In this document: piece after piece, positions 13,321 through 26,642 of the stretch | Position numbering within the stretch: the first letter of the stretch is position 1 | How the letters are laid out: each line of letters begins with the position of its first letter | Origin: Marsupella aquatica | Lineage: Eukaryota > Plantae > Marchantiophyta | Length of the DNA: 64,000 nucleotides | Assembly: GCA_973895155.1 (NCBI GenBank) | Contig: OZ316896.1 | Coordinates: 10,840,795 to 10,904,794 of the forward strand | Direction of reading: 5' to 3' | Position numbers and translations under genes: made by a program | The notes under the pieces: generated by a model | Seen by the model: the letters and a program-made list of their open reading frames with translations, nothing else | The model's database searches: none | What the model was told of the DNA's origin: nothing

Positions 13321-16300
13321 ACTGGCAAGAAACGGAAAAACAAATACATTAAAACCTACCCTGGTACATGGTGCAGTGGGTAGTCCACAAGGGGACGAAA
13401 CCAACGGAATTCCTTTTGTTTTTAAATCTGATGTTTAACGTGGTAAGTGGACGGAACCCCAAAAAATTATTTGAAAAAAAACCGGCCAATTTTGGCGACT
13501 GGTTGGATCGTAGGCCTAGGCCTGCCCTTCCACGTGCCTCCTGGCTGGCCAGTTTTGTCGTCTTGTTGTGGAACTGGTGAGAGAGGAGTGGGGTGATTCC
13601 CCTTCAGCCGGCTATGGCTTGTTTGACTGCTTTTCTTCCCGGCAGATTTTATTTTTATTACGTAACTTGCGAAGTTCCTATTTAACTTAATAACTAATTA
13701 GGTGATATGTAAATAGCACTCCATGCCTATTTGATATAATTATCAAAATGAAAATACTAGGTTGGGTTTGAGACATTTACTAGATAGACCCCTAAAATGA
13801 AAAGTGTTCCTTAATGGATCCCCAAAATGAAAAGTGTTAGGTCCAGCAGCAGTAACATGTTTCTTTTTCTAATCCATTTTCCTAGCATAATGAAACTGAT
13901 GCTAGCAATGAAGAAGTTTACTTCGAGGCCTTGATGGACCCCGTGAGTCATGAGACTGTTGATAGACCTTATCAATGTACCCAAAACCTCATGGGGTTGG
14001 TTAGGGAGAAAAGTTTGGTTTGGCGGTCTATCAGGATAATTATTTTGGTTCTGTGAGAATTATCTTGCTGGGACGAGCGACAAATACGAGCTTGGTGAGG
14101 TGCCCTTATGGTCAAAGATCTTTGTGCAGTTGGGGCACTGCAGTGATTACAACCAGCATTAATTAAGTGAGCTAGAATAGGGGGCTCCCAACACAGTTCA
14201 AAGCCTGCCTGAATATCTAGCTTCCTCTTGGGTCCTGTCAGTTCTTGTTATTGGACTGTAATCTCACTACATGCAGGGTTTGAATCTCTTGTGCCTCCTT
14301 TGTATATTCTCTTTTTGGAATGAATTGTGGGAGCTCCATTGTTTTTCCTTCATGTCTTTCTTCATGCTGCTATGTGGACTGTCACGGAGGACCAGATGTT
14401 GAAGAAGTCTGATACTTATGGGGCCATGTTTAGGTTCTATTAGAGAGGCCAGATGACTATGAGTGCTAGATAGGCAAGGCAATGTAGCATTTGGGGACAG
14501 TATGCATCACAAGGCCACTTGCACCAAGAAAGTATTGCAAAACTTTGCCTCACCATGTGATTTTGTCAAGCAGGGACCCACAATGCTAATTAAAGGTTTT
14601 CCTCCCTTTATGAACTTTTAGGCTCGGATCGACCAACACGTTTGCCAAAACATTTGGATGGCCTGCAGCATAACCCCTTTTCTGCTGAGACAATACACAT
14701 TATCCAGAAGAGTGAAATGTGACAAAAGACAAGGGTCATCTTTGGAAGTTTGTAGCTCCCTTGATGATTAATAGAAGTCAAGCCATATATCACTCAATGG
14801 AAACATCTTTCAACCTCCTATGAACCAAGAATAGCTAATTTCATAGCATTCATAACCAGGGTTGAGGGTCAATTTTTTGCCAATTAAAAACTTTCAAAAG
14901 CAGTACGAGTGAACCTTGACGCACAGGGAAATTCTTAGACATTCAAGCTCTCTCTAAAAAAATGGCAATATTCTTTAATATTTTATTCCCTTAAAAATGG
15001 CAATATTAGATTAATTGGCAATTTCTTTTGGAAGCAGCTTTTAAGGAATATTGTGTCTAACATGGTGGTCCATTCGAGTTTCACTCTCTTGAAAATTAAA
15101 TATTTAATTATTAAAAAATAGCTAATTAATATTGAATTACAAAATTGAAAGAGGAGATCTCACGGGGAAGAAAAGACAACCTTGAGCATGTCACTAGGAC
15201 CCACATACAGTAGCATCTAACTTTTTATCCGTTTATTTGGCGTGCCTCAATTCGTTTGTTCGTTCATTAATGTTCCGAAAATAGGGAAAGTAGTCGTTTC
15301 TTTGTTTTTCCGTCGGGCAGACTCGAATGTTACGGACCGGGTAGTTATTAGCAACATGCCCTTTGTATTAAAGTTCGAACCACCAAATGTTGGAGACATT
15401 TTTTTTGTCATGTTAGATGCACGGATCTGAATCATTATCATTATAACTCTGCTTTAAAGTGTGAGAGTTGGGAAAGTAACTTAGCGTCGTAGCTCCTACC
15501 CACGCTCGATTTGAGCATTATACCTTAATTTACTAAATCATTAAAAGAACACGTTCAATCAGTTTGCCGTATACTCGTCAAACTCCGTGTGGGTAAGGAC
15601 TCATTTGTCTGTCAGCTGCCCCACTTTGTAGGCAATCAATAAACTTGCTGAATTTCTTAAGATTTAAAAATTAGATTCGGCGTTTGGAAAGTTTGTCTGG
15701 GTATGACCAACTTTTCCGCAGAGCAGTCATGGGCAAATGTATGTGTGCATGGGACATTGACCGTTCTGAAACACAGAACTGGAATCCAGAAAATTTCACG
15801 CCAATGAGAAAGGAATGTCTTGTCAGAACAGTCATGGAATTATTAACTACTTAACAATATTTCATTAGAAGAATTCAAACCCAAAACGATTGGTAGGCCA
15901 CCTTGTTTTGCATTTAGAGGGAGTCCCTAGAAAGTTATTGGGATTATCCTCTACCTGTTTGTGTTCATCTGTTGCTCACAAAACCCGAACAATTATAGTT
16001 TTTTTTAATAAATGGCAAAAAGTTCTTTTGAAATCCACTTGTAGGTGGGGTTTATGTGCAAGGATTAAGACTCCAGGAGGTTTCAAACCCTACACCTCTG
16101 CCTCCCAACACAGATGGTTTACACCAAAAAAACCCATAATCTGCTGGACGAACACCAAGGTTTCCATTCTTGGTATTTATGTCTATACCATTTTCCCCTC
16201 AAGCGGCAACTGGCAGGCAGTGGGCACAGACTTCCTAACAGTGCCATAGATGATTTTCCAGGGATCTGTCACCCAAAAAAGTATGGCTGCTCAGTAAATC

Positions 16301-18786
16301 ATCCCCTTCGCCTCTCCATTTCAGTCACTCACAGCTGAATGAACTACAGTCCATGAAGAAATTAGCCCATTGCCCTCCGCACTAGGAACTAGTGCCCCTG
16401 AATATTTAGAGGTCAAGCTTAGAAATGCAAACAGTTGACCACTAGTTTACCAATTGAAGAAAGGGTCAGTTTAAACTTGATTTAGACCTCCATTCGCTTC
16501 AACTACATGGAAGACATACACCTCTCTTTCTATTTTTTGGTGAACATCTATCACCAAAACAAGTGAAAGAATGGAGATACTTTTTGTCCATTTTGGTGAT
16601 GTTATGGATTCTGGATAGAACATCACCTCCATTTCTGAGACTAGTAAGATGTACGACCCTCCCTGGTAGCAAATGAAGGGAACCTAAACAAATCTCTGGA
16701 AAATTGGGAAACATTACTTGAAGGACCCTTTGAGGTTTTGGGTCAAGTAAAGGTCTCCCATTTACTTGACCCGACCATCAACCCCATGAGATTTTGCTTA
16801 AGTTGGTTGAAGGTGTATCAATGTAGACTATAAATCACTCATCAGATTTATCATGCAATTTTTTTCATTTTGAGAGTAGACATAGTAAATGTCTCAGAAA
16901 AATGGTGACTATTTTGGATGGAATTCTCCCTTCGACTCAGGATAGATCCGACCGAAGACGGATTATTTCCACAGAAACTCGAAAGAGTGCCTTTAATTCG
17001 TGCGATTCTAGTGGGTGAACCCATCTACTGTCAATTTTCATTCATGCCAGCCTCGGGAAGTGGTACGGCTTTCATGTGTGTAATGATTATCGCTGCCCCG
17101 GGCAGTGCTTTCAGCGAGCACCTTGAGTCCTTGACGCCCGAGATTCATGTTCGGGACCCACCCGGTGTCAGCGTGGTGAAAACGAACGAGCATGCCGTAC
17201 CTCGTCTGTAGGTTCCATGCACAGTATAGTAGTAGTAGTGTGGTGCAAACGGCGCGTGCGGGCAAGTCTCGGGCAGCGGCAGCAGCTGAGCTGTGCGACT
17301 CCTTTCTGTGCGGAAACACCAGGTGAACCGGCTTGCTAATGATCCACAGCGATTTTTAAAAGTTTCAGTGACTTATTTCCCAGAATGAACGATCCAGATG
17401 TGACTAGTTAGAGATCCAACTGTCACTGTGAGATTGTACAAGTCAAATACAAATTTTGCGCTTCTCAACTAGCCATTAGTGTCGCCTGCCCAGAATACAA
17501 CAGGAACCAGTGGGGAGCCAGCGGGCAGGGCGTTGTTTTTTCGTGCCAGCGGGCAGCGGAGGGAAGGGACTGGGCTGTGGGGTGGGGCCGGTCTCGCAAG
17601 GCAGCTGGGGCACATGGCGCCTGACGCAGAGTGCCATGTGGAATCCGGGCCCCCCGCCCGGTTCCCTGCCCTCCGTTTTTCCCCCACAGCCCGGCCGCCC
17701 GCTCGCCCGCCCGCTCGCTCGCCTGCCCGGCCGCCCGGCCGCCAGCCATGTTGCAGGCACGGCTTCGCTGGGTCCTGTCTGTCTCTGTCAGTTCGCGCGA
17801 TTGTCCGTCGGTCGCCCGTTCCCACTTTGGCGGCCTTCTAAACCTCCAGACAGACTGGCCGCCTCTAAACTATCGTCCCGGCCATGACCGCTCCTTTCGC
17901 GCTTCCCTGTGCGATCGACTCTCCCAGCAACAGTCGTTAGCGACGCCCACTATCGCCAGCCACTCCATTCCCGCCAGTAACGTAGCTGTTGCCATTTTCT
18001 CGACCAGCTCTGCAGCAAATAGTCCTCCGCGGCTCCGCTCCTCAATGCGGTCTTCGAACATCGGAATCTCCCCCTCCCCGTCATGTTGCCCCTCCTCCGA
18101 CTGCAGACTGAACCATCACATCACTGGCAGGAAAGAAAGATTTTCTCCCGTCTGTCTTCTTCGTCCTCCTCCTCTTCCTCTGTTTGCTGGCTCCTGGAAT
18201 TGGGAGTACGGTAGTTCCATCTCGTTTCGCTCAAAAAAGTTAAGAATTATTTACAAATTTCGGCTTCACTGACAAAACATTCTAGTGTTTTTGATGTAAA
18301 CACTGACGTTTCAGGATATACGCTACTTTTTAGACTTTAAAAACTGGAGGAGGAGAATAATATTCTGGGGTTGGGTATTTTCGTCGAATAAGACGAAGTA
18401 ATTAATATTTCGTGCAGGTCCTGCGTTTGCAGGGTAGCAAGGCCAAAGGCACGGCAGGGCAGGGCAGTGCACTCCAGACAGAGGGGTCTGGTCCGGTGAG
18501 GGGCAGAGGTTGCAGGGCAGCAAGCATCCAAAGGTGAGTGAGCTGGTTGAACAGTCTGTGGGGGGCAGGGGCAGAGGAGCATCATCACACATCCATATAA
18601 AGTACCGTAGGTACAGACAAGTACAGATGGGCTGGAGGCCGCGCCATGCACTTCAGTCCAGCAGACATCCCGTCCACGGATCCAGTTATCCATCCATCCG
18701 GTCGGAATTTACATCCTTCCGTCCATTCCATTCGGTGGGGGGTTTTACACTGTTCCAACTATCAATCTAGGTATTGGGTTACCCTA

Positions 18787-19110
18787 TGGCACCTCAAATT
18801 TGCTGGTTCCCAAAATCTTTCAGTTGTTAGATGTGAGAATCGACGTCTGTGGCCCTAACCAAAATCCAGCTTTTGGGTGAACTTATTCAAGACCGAGGGT
18901 CTTTGGTTTGAGATGGTTTAAACATGCTCCCACAGGTCATTTGGGCGCTAATGCACATTGCACGGATAGATCTTTGGTGTGACTAATGCGCTGACCGACC
19001 ACGTTGTTGATGGTCGCATTTTGTGGGAACCATAGTGTTGGTCCACGGCCTACAGCAGCTTTCAACATTTTGGTCATGGATCTCTGGGAATGAACTGGTT
19101 TGAAACGCCC
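18787..19110. mobile_element. MITE, GGGCRTCTCAAA-TIR family (degenerate left end)
   Basis: Left TGGCACCTCAAAtttg (9/12 to consensus), right tttgaaacgccc. TA on both flanks. Lies 5 bp from the next copy. Confidence 0.55.
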
Positions 19111-19115
19111 TATTA

Positions 19116-20065
19116 GGGCATCTCAAATTTGACTAGTCCGTGGGGTTCACGTGGAATAAAAGTTAAAATTAAAAAAAAAAACTTGAAGGACTGGAAAAAG
19201 ATCCCTGGCCCAAAGGTATGAGTTTAGGACTTTGGTCACAAGTGGTAACCACATATTTGTAAGTCTGCCTCTTTGCTTCCCGGGAAACCTGTGTGACTGT
19301 GACTGCAGCCAAAATCAAGAGGTTTGGGAAGCCCTCCCATCTGGCCTGTCCCTCCTAGTCAGTGTTTACATGAAATCGTCCATTCTCCTGTTCGGACTTG
19401 CATACTACCAGTGAGACTCATTCCTCTTATTGGACACAAGCCCAATGCCTGCAGAGTGGTTGTTATGGCTATGTTGTCATTATAAGCAGGTTGTCATTGT
19501 TGTCATGTTGTTGTGGTTGTTGCAGAAGTGTTGCCATTTGTGTGGGCATGTTGTGGTTACAAAAGTGTCATTGTCTTGCCTGGGTGTTCATTGTTGTGTA
19601 CACATGGCGTCTCAAAGCACCACCGTAAGGAAAAGTTACAAGACACCAGTTGTGCCCATAAACACCTAATGACCAAACTTTACGGGCTATTGGTTGCACG
19701 GGGTTATGCATTGACCCGTGCCATAAGGGATGAGTTATGGGTACATCCCACTCAGAGTAAGTGCTTTTGACCCGTCCATGTTGGACAAGCCCAAGCCTAT
19801 TACCTCAACAAGAGGTGAAGGTAATATTCTAATAATGCACACTGACTGACATGTCATTCTGTCCCTGGATCATGCAATGTTGTGATGATACAATATTGTG
19901 ATGACGTGAATTTAAAGTCTCAGAGTTAAAGTTACAGGTTTTGATTAGCAGCCATGGCACTTGCTTATGGAAGCCGATTTTGGCCTCATGCAACTTTTAT
20001 GGCCGTTTCTGTAACAGTCCTTGTGGCCAACTTGTAACTAATTACAGTCGTGCTTTGAGACGCCC
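19116..20065. mobile_element. MITE, GGGCRTCTCAAA-TIR family (PIF/Harbinger-like)
   Basis: tta-GGGCATCTCAAA ... TTTGAGACGCCC-taa; no coding capacity. Confidence 0.75.
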
Positions 20066-20626
20066 TAATGTTGTCATTGGTTGATGTTGTTGTTATTGTT
20101 GTTGCAAAAGTGATGTTTTCCGGATATTACGTTCATGTTTGTTGCAAAATTGTTGTCATTGTTGGAGAGCATTCTAGACAGTCACCAAAAAATGCACCTC
20201 TTTCTTATGCTCTTTCCTCTTTTTTCTCCCTCTGCCTTTCACATGCAAGACATTTGTTGAGTGATCAACAACATCCATGTGGTCAGTGGTTATTTAATCT
20301 ATTCATTTATGCAAGGGGTGCACTAGCTCCCCGTAAGATATTGCATCCTTACAAGCTTGGCCCCAAAGAACTGGTTAATATTTGAAATCCCTTGATACCA
20401 AGGAAGATGAGTTAAGTTTCCATACATGTGATACTTGCAAGGTACTCTAATAAAACTTGCAGTGACTGAGATTTCAAGCATTGATATAGAATATAGTTTT
20501 TTGCAGAAGGTTGTCTGGACCAGACAATTCTTCTGCAGGTTCTAGTATGCATGCAACATGGTTCTGTTCAAAACCATCTTAGACACGTTGAATGTGTTAT
20601 GCATTGCAGGTGCTAGTAGTACTTGT

Positions 20627-20690
20627 AGCAATCCATCACAGCCATAGGATTAGAATCTGGCTTCTAATCCTATGACTGTAATGGATTGCT
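20627..20690. repeat. Near-perfect inverted repeat (29-bp stem, 6-nt loop)
   Basis: agcaatccatcacagccataggattagaa-tctggc-ttctaatcctatgactgtaatggattgct; 27/29 Watson-Crick pairs. Confidence 0.9.
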
Positions 20691-20823
20691 TTTCCACTTT
20701 AAGAAATCCACTTTAAGAAAAAAGTTCAACTCATATTTGCAAAATTTGGGAGTTGCAAACTTTCATTATAACAATGGCCCAATGGTACTCCAGAGACCTT
20801 CCATGCTACCTATAACAGGTTTA

Positions 20824-21109
20824 TGGAGGAAACCGTCGCTTCCACACTAGAGAGCAATGCGGAACATGAGAGCATTCAATCTCACGTTACACCAACGAAA
20901 CACCACAATGGAGAAACTCCTAAAGGAGCTATAGCTCATGAGAAAGTACATTCATGTGAAGAATGAGGGCTCTTCCTCTAACCTATACCCCAGGGGAGCC
21001 AAGATGTGTGGGTCTAATCTAAGTGGATATTATTTTAATGTACCCCAGTGTAACTAACCCTAGTAAGGCCAAACTAACTGAAGCTAGGAACTCGAGTCAA
21101 TTCCTAATA
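20824..21109. mobile_element. Solo LTR (family B)
   Basis: Begins TG, ends ..cctaaTA (mutated CA). 5-bp TSD GTTTA at 20819-23 and 21110-14. Homologous to 22333-22627. Confidence 0.8.
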
Positions 21110-21689
21110 GTTTAGGCAATTTGTTGTTTTGTCATCCATTCATTGACCCATGTGACCTGTCCTTTGTGCAGATCAATCCATGGCAGCCTTTTGTCCAGCA
21201 ATGTGAGGAAGAGAACTAGTGACTACTGTAGATAGACTTGCAAAATTTATTGAAATGACTAGTATGACTACTCTGTTCTTTAAACATAAATAGAGGTGCG
21301 GGCATCCAAGCCCTTTGCTTGTTCACCAATTTATGTTCATTGGTTTAGAGTGGCTCTACACACATTGTGCCATTTTAAGAGACTCACCCTGCCCCCAATC
21401 TCATTTTCCACTCGGACCCCACCTTTGGACGCCCCGAGAGTCACGCTCTAAAAACAGTATTCTATACTGTAAGTTGTGAAGATAGAGTATGTTCACATTG
21501 AAATTATGTAGGTAGATGGCCAGAGAGTAATCCCAACACCCTTGCATGTAAACTGTAGAAAGTGTTGATATACAGCTGGCTCTCTCTAAGTGAAAAACCT
21601 GGCTAACTGCAAGGTATCATGTCCCTTTGTCTTACACTTACACAAACTTTGCACTGTATTTGCACAGTTTGAACTGTAAAAAAGTTTGA

Positions 21690-21855
21690 AATATTACTGC
21701 TAAATGACAATTTTATGAGTGCAAACCCTGAAACATTATTGCTGAATGAAAACTTTATAAGTGCAAACAATCTTGAAATCTTATTGCTAAATGACAACTT
21801 TTGTAAGTGCAAACCCTTGATAAGTTCCATCAAATTGCATTTACTGATAAGTGCA
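21690..21855. repeat. Minisatellite, ~43-45-bp unit x3-4
   Basis: ttattgct(a/g)aatga(c/a)aa.ttt..(a/g)agtgcaaac repeated. Confidence 0.75.
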
Positions 21856-22332
21856 TGCCCATTTTCAGTAGAGTAAAAATACACTTACACCGTCGAACAC
21901 CAAAGTTAGGACATGGATTACAATTTAGGTTGCAAGTCACAAAACTGCTCAGGATAGAGGGTGTACTCACATAGTGCATATCCGACGTTTCTTCCAGAGA
22001 TTGTTCACTAAGATAGAGTTAGTATAGTTAGATGGCCATCTAACTAAACATTTAAAAACCTAAACTGTATGTTTAGGGTTCCGGTGCCCTCTTATCACAT
22101 AGTGCAAACCAGATGCTTCTTCCCAAAAGTGTGCAGTTATAGAGAGTTAAATATAATAGCAATGAGATAAGTGCAAACCCCTGTTTAGTGCACATGGAAT
22201 GCTCCTTCCAGGTATGCACTTAGGGAGAGTTATGTGTAATAGATGTTATTTGATAAAAACCCTCAATCACTTGTTCTTGGATGCTTCTTCCATAATTGTG
22301 CACTTAGAGAGGGGCTTAACTGTAGTTAGATG

Positions 22333-22627
22333 TGTAAGAAAACCGTCAAATCCAGACTAGACAGCAATGTGGAACATGAGAGCACTCAATCTCACACTAC
22401 ACCAACAAGACATCACGATCATGGAGAAACTCCTGAAGGATCCATAGCTCATGAGGTTGAACATGTGAAGAATGAGGGAGAGAATGCGAGAATGCTCTGC
22501 TTCCAACCTATACACAAAGATGTGTGGGCCTAAATAAGTGTATCTTATCTTAAACTAACCAAGGGTCAATTAACTCTAGTACAAGGTCAAACTAACTCAA
22601 GTTGGGAACTCAAGTCAATTCCTGACA
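22333..22627. mobile_element. Solo LTR (family B)
   Basis: TGtaag...ctgaCA with 5-bp TSD AGATG at 22328-32 and 22628-32. Homologous to 20824-21109. Confidence 0.85.
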
Positions 22628-24110
22628 AGATGGCCTTAGGGTAAACCCAATGCCATGCATGTAAACTTTAATTAAAAGGTGCCAACTATATAATGTGCTG
22701 TCCATCCATCCACCCATCCATCACAACTATTGGTCCAGCAAGTTTAAGTGCAATCCAGAAGCTTCTTTCCGGGGGCATGCAGTTAAAGAGAGTTAACTGT
22801 AGTTTGATCACCTCATAGTAAACCTTGCTCTTCTTCAATGTAACCTCAATGTAATTCTTGTCAAGAAGAAAGTAAACCTCAATGTAATTCTTGTCAGGAA
22901 GAAAGTTACCAGTGTGTAACCATTTCTATTAGGTGCCACGATTTCCATAACCTTGTGCCCAGAAAGTCTTCTTGCTCGGTAATTTTTTCCATATCATAAT
23001 GATTATGTGGGCTGGGGTTACTCTCTTAAACCTTAAACCTGTTCCCACAAAGCTCAGAAAAATGTCCGGGCTGCCATGGGTTAGCATTTCCTCACTTTCT
23101 GGTCACCAGTAACCCCAAGCAGTCATTACCTTATACATCAAACCGGGTCATTGGGCATGAACTTTAAGAAAAGGAGTGGACGGTATGTTGTTCCGTCCAT
23201 CCATCCATCCGTCGTATAGATCCATCCATCACAGCGATCGGTCCAGTGGATCAGTCCAGTGAGCGAGGCAGAGAGAGTGGTAGGGACTACAGTACAGTCG
23301 GCGGCAGGGTAAGAAAGGATGCAAGCAAAAGGTTGAAGGTGGTGAGAGCGAAGAGTTCGGGGGGTGTTTGGGGAACGAAGGGAGAGCGCAGAGCCGATGC
23401 CAGCTAGCGATTGTAGATGCTCGCTGTTGTGCATTGGATTCCTCCCCTTCACATCCCTTCATGCGCTACTCAGACTCTCATTTCCCACCACCTCCCCAGA
23501 CTCTCGCAGCCCAGCTGCAGGCCGATTCTCCGCTCGGATCAGTAGTAGTCCTTCTGCTGCATATCCCTTCTTCATTGTCTGCCACTGCTCTTTACCTCCA
23601 CGTGCAACCAGGCTGCTTCGGTGAGAGAGGAGTGCGACGAGGAGCAGAATTAAGCAATTAGTTCCTCGAGGTTTTGGTTGGTTGATTGAGTGAGTGCTTC
23701 TCTGGGTGGTCTTTCTCACTCTCCCCGGAATTGGGCGCCCTGCTCGAAGAAACGCGTAGTTAATTTTCGGTAAACTCGTACTCGGGTCTCAAAAGGTGCA
23801 AGAAATGGGAGCAGTTAGTTGTTCGGTAGAAGAAGTGGGTTGCAGGGAGGTAGCTGTGGTTGATGCGATGATGTGAATTATTAGTCGAGAGGTACAGACC
23901 GTGCGTGAGAGAGAGAGAGGCAGTCGGCTGGGCTGCACCTAACTGGTTCAGAATTTCGTGTGTGACAGGAAGGAAAGGACGTCGCGGCAAACGGAAGGAT
24001 CCGTTGCATTGTGCTCTAGAGGAGGCGAGGTCGTGAAACGGGAGATTTGTCGCGGTTGGTTGTGAGCAGCAGCACTTCTTGATCAGTTTGCGGGAAGGAA
24101 GAAGGTAAAG

Positions 24111-26642
24111 ATGGCTACACCTGATGCTGAGGAAACCATCGCCCCTACGCCCACTCCCGAGGAGGTGGTCAAGACTGCAGAGAGCGGTGAGAAGGAAGCT
24201 CCCAAGCCTGCTGCAGAGGAGCCAGCAGCAGAAACTACAGAGGAGACTACAACCGAAGCACCCCCCGCCGAGGACACCACTGAGGCTGCGGCCGCCGAGG
24301 AACCCGCCGTCCCTTTCAAGGAAGAGTCGAACGTAGTGGCTGACTTGAAAGACCCGGAGAAGAAAGCGCTCGAGGAGTTTAAAGCACGAATTGTAAAAGC
24401 TATCGCAGATAACGAGTTCAAGGTTCCAAAGAAAGTCGTCGAGGCTCCCAAGGAACCAGAGGTTGTTGAAACTCCGAAAGAGGCAGAGGCCGAGACTCCA
24501 GCAGCTGAAACCCCCGCAACAGAGGCTCCCGCAGGAGAGACCCCCGCAGCTGAGACGAAAGAAGTGGAGACTCCAGCAGCTGAGACTCCCGCAGCTGAGA
24601 CTAAAGAAGTGGAGACTCCCGGAGCCGAAACTCCCGCTCCAGAGGCTCCCAAAGTTGAGACTCCCGTTGAGGAAGCAAAGGAAGAAGTAGCTCCTTCGCC
24701 CGAGCCTGTAGGTGAAGCTGAGCCGGCTGCACCTGCTGTCACCACCGAAGAAACACCCGTAACTCCCACAGAGGAACCCACTCCCGTTGTTGAGGCTAAA
24801 GATGCAACAACTGCGGAGGATTCCACTGCTTCTCCGGCGGAGACCCCTGCTGTCGAAGAGGAAGAAGAGGATCTCACCCCGCCAGAGGACGTCTCGTTAT
24901 GGGGAGTGCCCTTGCTGCACACCAAGGGGGATGAAAGAACGGATGTGATTCTCCTGAAATTTCTGAGGGCCAGAGATTTTAATGTTGCACTCGCTTTTGA
25001 GCAGCTCAAGAAGACCATTATCTGGCGAAAGACATTCAAAGCCGATAAACTCCTGGAGGAGGACTTTGGCACCGATTTTGACTCTATAGCTTTCGATTAC
25101 GGAAAAGACAAGGATGGCCATCCAGTTTGTTACAACGTATACGCGCCGTTACAGGACAAGGAATTGTACGCGAAAGCTTTCGGAGATCCGACCAAGCTCG
25201 CAAACTTCATCAGGTGGAGGATTCAGGTGCTTGAGAAGAGTCTGAAACTTTTATCCTTCAGCCCAGAAGGACCGAGCGCTTTGGTACAGGTCACGGACTT
25301 GAAGTACTTCCCCGGCCCTGCCGGAAAGAGGGAAGTGAGGTCCGCCTACAAGCAGGCAGCGAACATTCTCCAGGACAACTATCCCGAGTTGGTAGTGAAG
25401 CAGGTGAGTTCTCTTCTACTGGATGTGCTTGTGTTCTTGGTATCTCTATGCAGATGATGCCTCTCGCGTTCCCGCCCGCTGCGTTGCAATATTTTTCCTC
25501 CTCTGGAGATTGTCTCCTAGACTCGCCCGTGTGTAATTGGCTTTAACTATGGTCGGGAGCTCGCACCACAACTTTAAATGATGTGGTGAAATACTCCGCG
25601 AGGAGTTGAATTCGAGTCTTATTACCTAGGTTGCCAGATGCGATGGATGATTCACAGACTTCGACAAATTTAGTTGGGAGATTTGCGGAGGTTTCCCCGG
25701 ATGACTGAGTCGTCTGAACTGATTTTGTTGGCCGCGAGATGCAGCTGACATGTGTGAGGGTTGGTTTTCAGGTGTTTATTAATGTGCCATGGTACTATAG
25801 CGCTTTGTACGCTTTCGTGAGCCCTTTCTTTACTGCGCGGATGAAGAGCAAGTTTTCTCATTACACCCCGGGAAGAACTACAGAAGGACTTTTAAAGTAA
25901 GAGACATCATTTTTTTGGATCAGCGAAGCTACGTTTGTGCTAATTCTTTGATGGGGTTAAAGATGAATCGAATATAAACTCAGTGGTATGGCGAACACTG
26001 CCGAGGCTGATAGTTTGCTTCCTGGACTGCAGATTTGTTAGTGCAGAGAACATTCCTGTTGCCTACGGTGGACTGAGCAAACCTAGCGATCCCCACTTCA
26101 GTGGAGTTGAAGCGCCTTCCACTGAACTTTCGATCAAGGCTGGGGAGAAGGCAACAATCGAGATACCAGTCACCGAGGTACCGTTCTTGCTTACCCTGGA
26201 CCAGCATCGTTTAGTTGCGTTGCAGCAGACTAATCCGAACAGGTTTTGCGTTTCTTCACATTGTGTGGGTTTTTAGAGACATCATGCACGTCTTGATGCA
26301 TAGCTGATTTGCCGAAAGAGATCTGTAGCAGTACAGTAAGGAATTGACGAGTTTCGGTTGGCATGCCAGGCTGCGGGAACTGTAGTGTGGGATCTTACTG
26401 TGGTGGGATATGATGTGCTTTACGGTGCCGAGTATGTCCCAAGTGCTGAAGGAAGCTACACTACTATCATTGAGAAGCCCAAGAAGCTAGTCTCTACTAG
26501 CGAGGAGCCATTGCGGAGCAGTTTCAAAGTTTCTGAACCTGGCAAGATTGTCATCAGCGTCGATAATGCAGCGAGGAAGAAGAAGCTCGCCATCTATAGA
26601 TACATTGTACAAACTCCGGCCGCTGAAACAGAGGTGAGCTAG
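24111..26642 (+). CDS. PATL: Patellin (Sec14/CRAL-TRIO + GOLD lipid-binding protein), ~611 aa; exons 24111-25403, 25772-25896, 26033-26177, 26370-26642
   Basis: Patellin motifs FKEESNVVADL, SLWGVPLL..DERTDVILLKFLRARDF, GHPVCYNVY, LQDNYPELV, VFINVPWYY, IPVAYGGL, and a GOLD-like WDLTVVGYDVLYGAEYVP. GT-AG introns with consistent phases give 1836 nt = 612 codons. Probable 5'-UTR intron 23621-24086. Confidence 0.95.

Noticed and set aside
14180-14830. Possible LINE remnant (similarly 30450-31480 and 50200-50830)
   Set aside because: CpG-depleted, TE-like composition, but no unambiguous motif or ends, so not annotated.
17465-18272. Cluster of overlapping 94-213-aa ORFs on both strands
   Set aside because: Expected from very high GC content; low-complexity P/R/A peptides with no motifs or splice support.
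20824-22627. Two related LTRs read as one TRIM or non-autonomous retroelement
   Set aside because: Each LTR has its own distinct TSD, and no PBS or PPT was seen between them.
24083-25072. 329-aa minus-strand ORF rich in S/A/G/V
   Set aside because: Antisense shadow of the repetitive patellin exon 1; no independent features.
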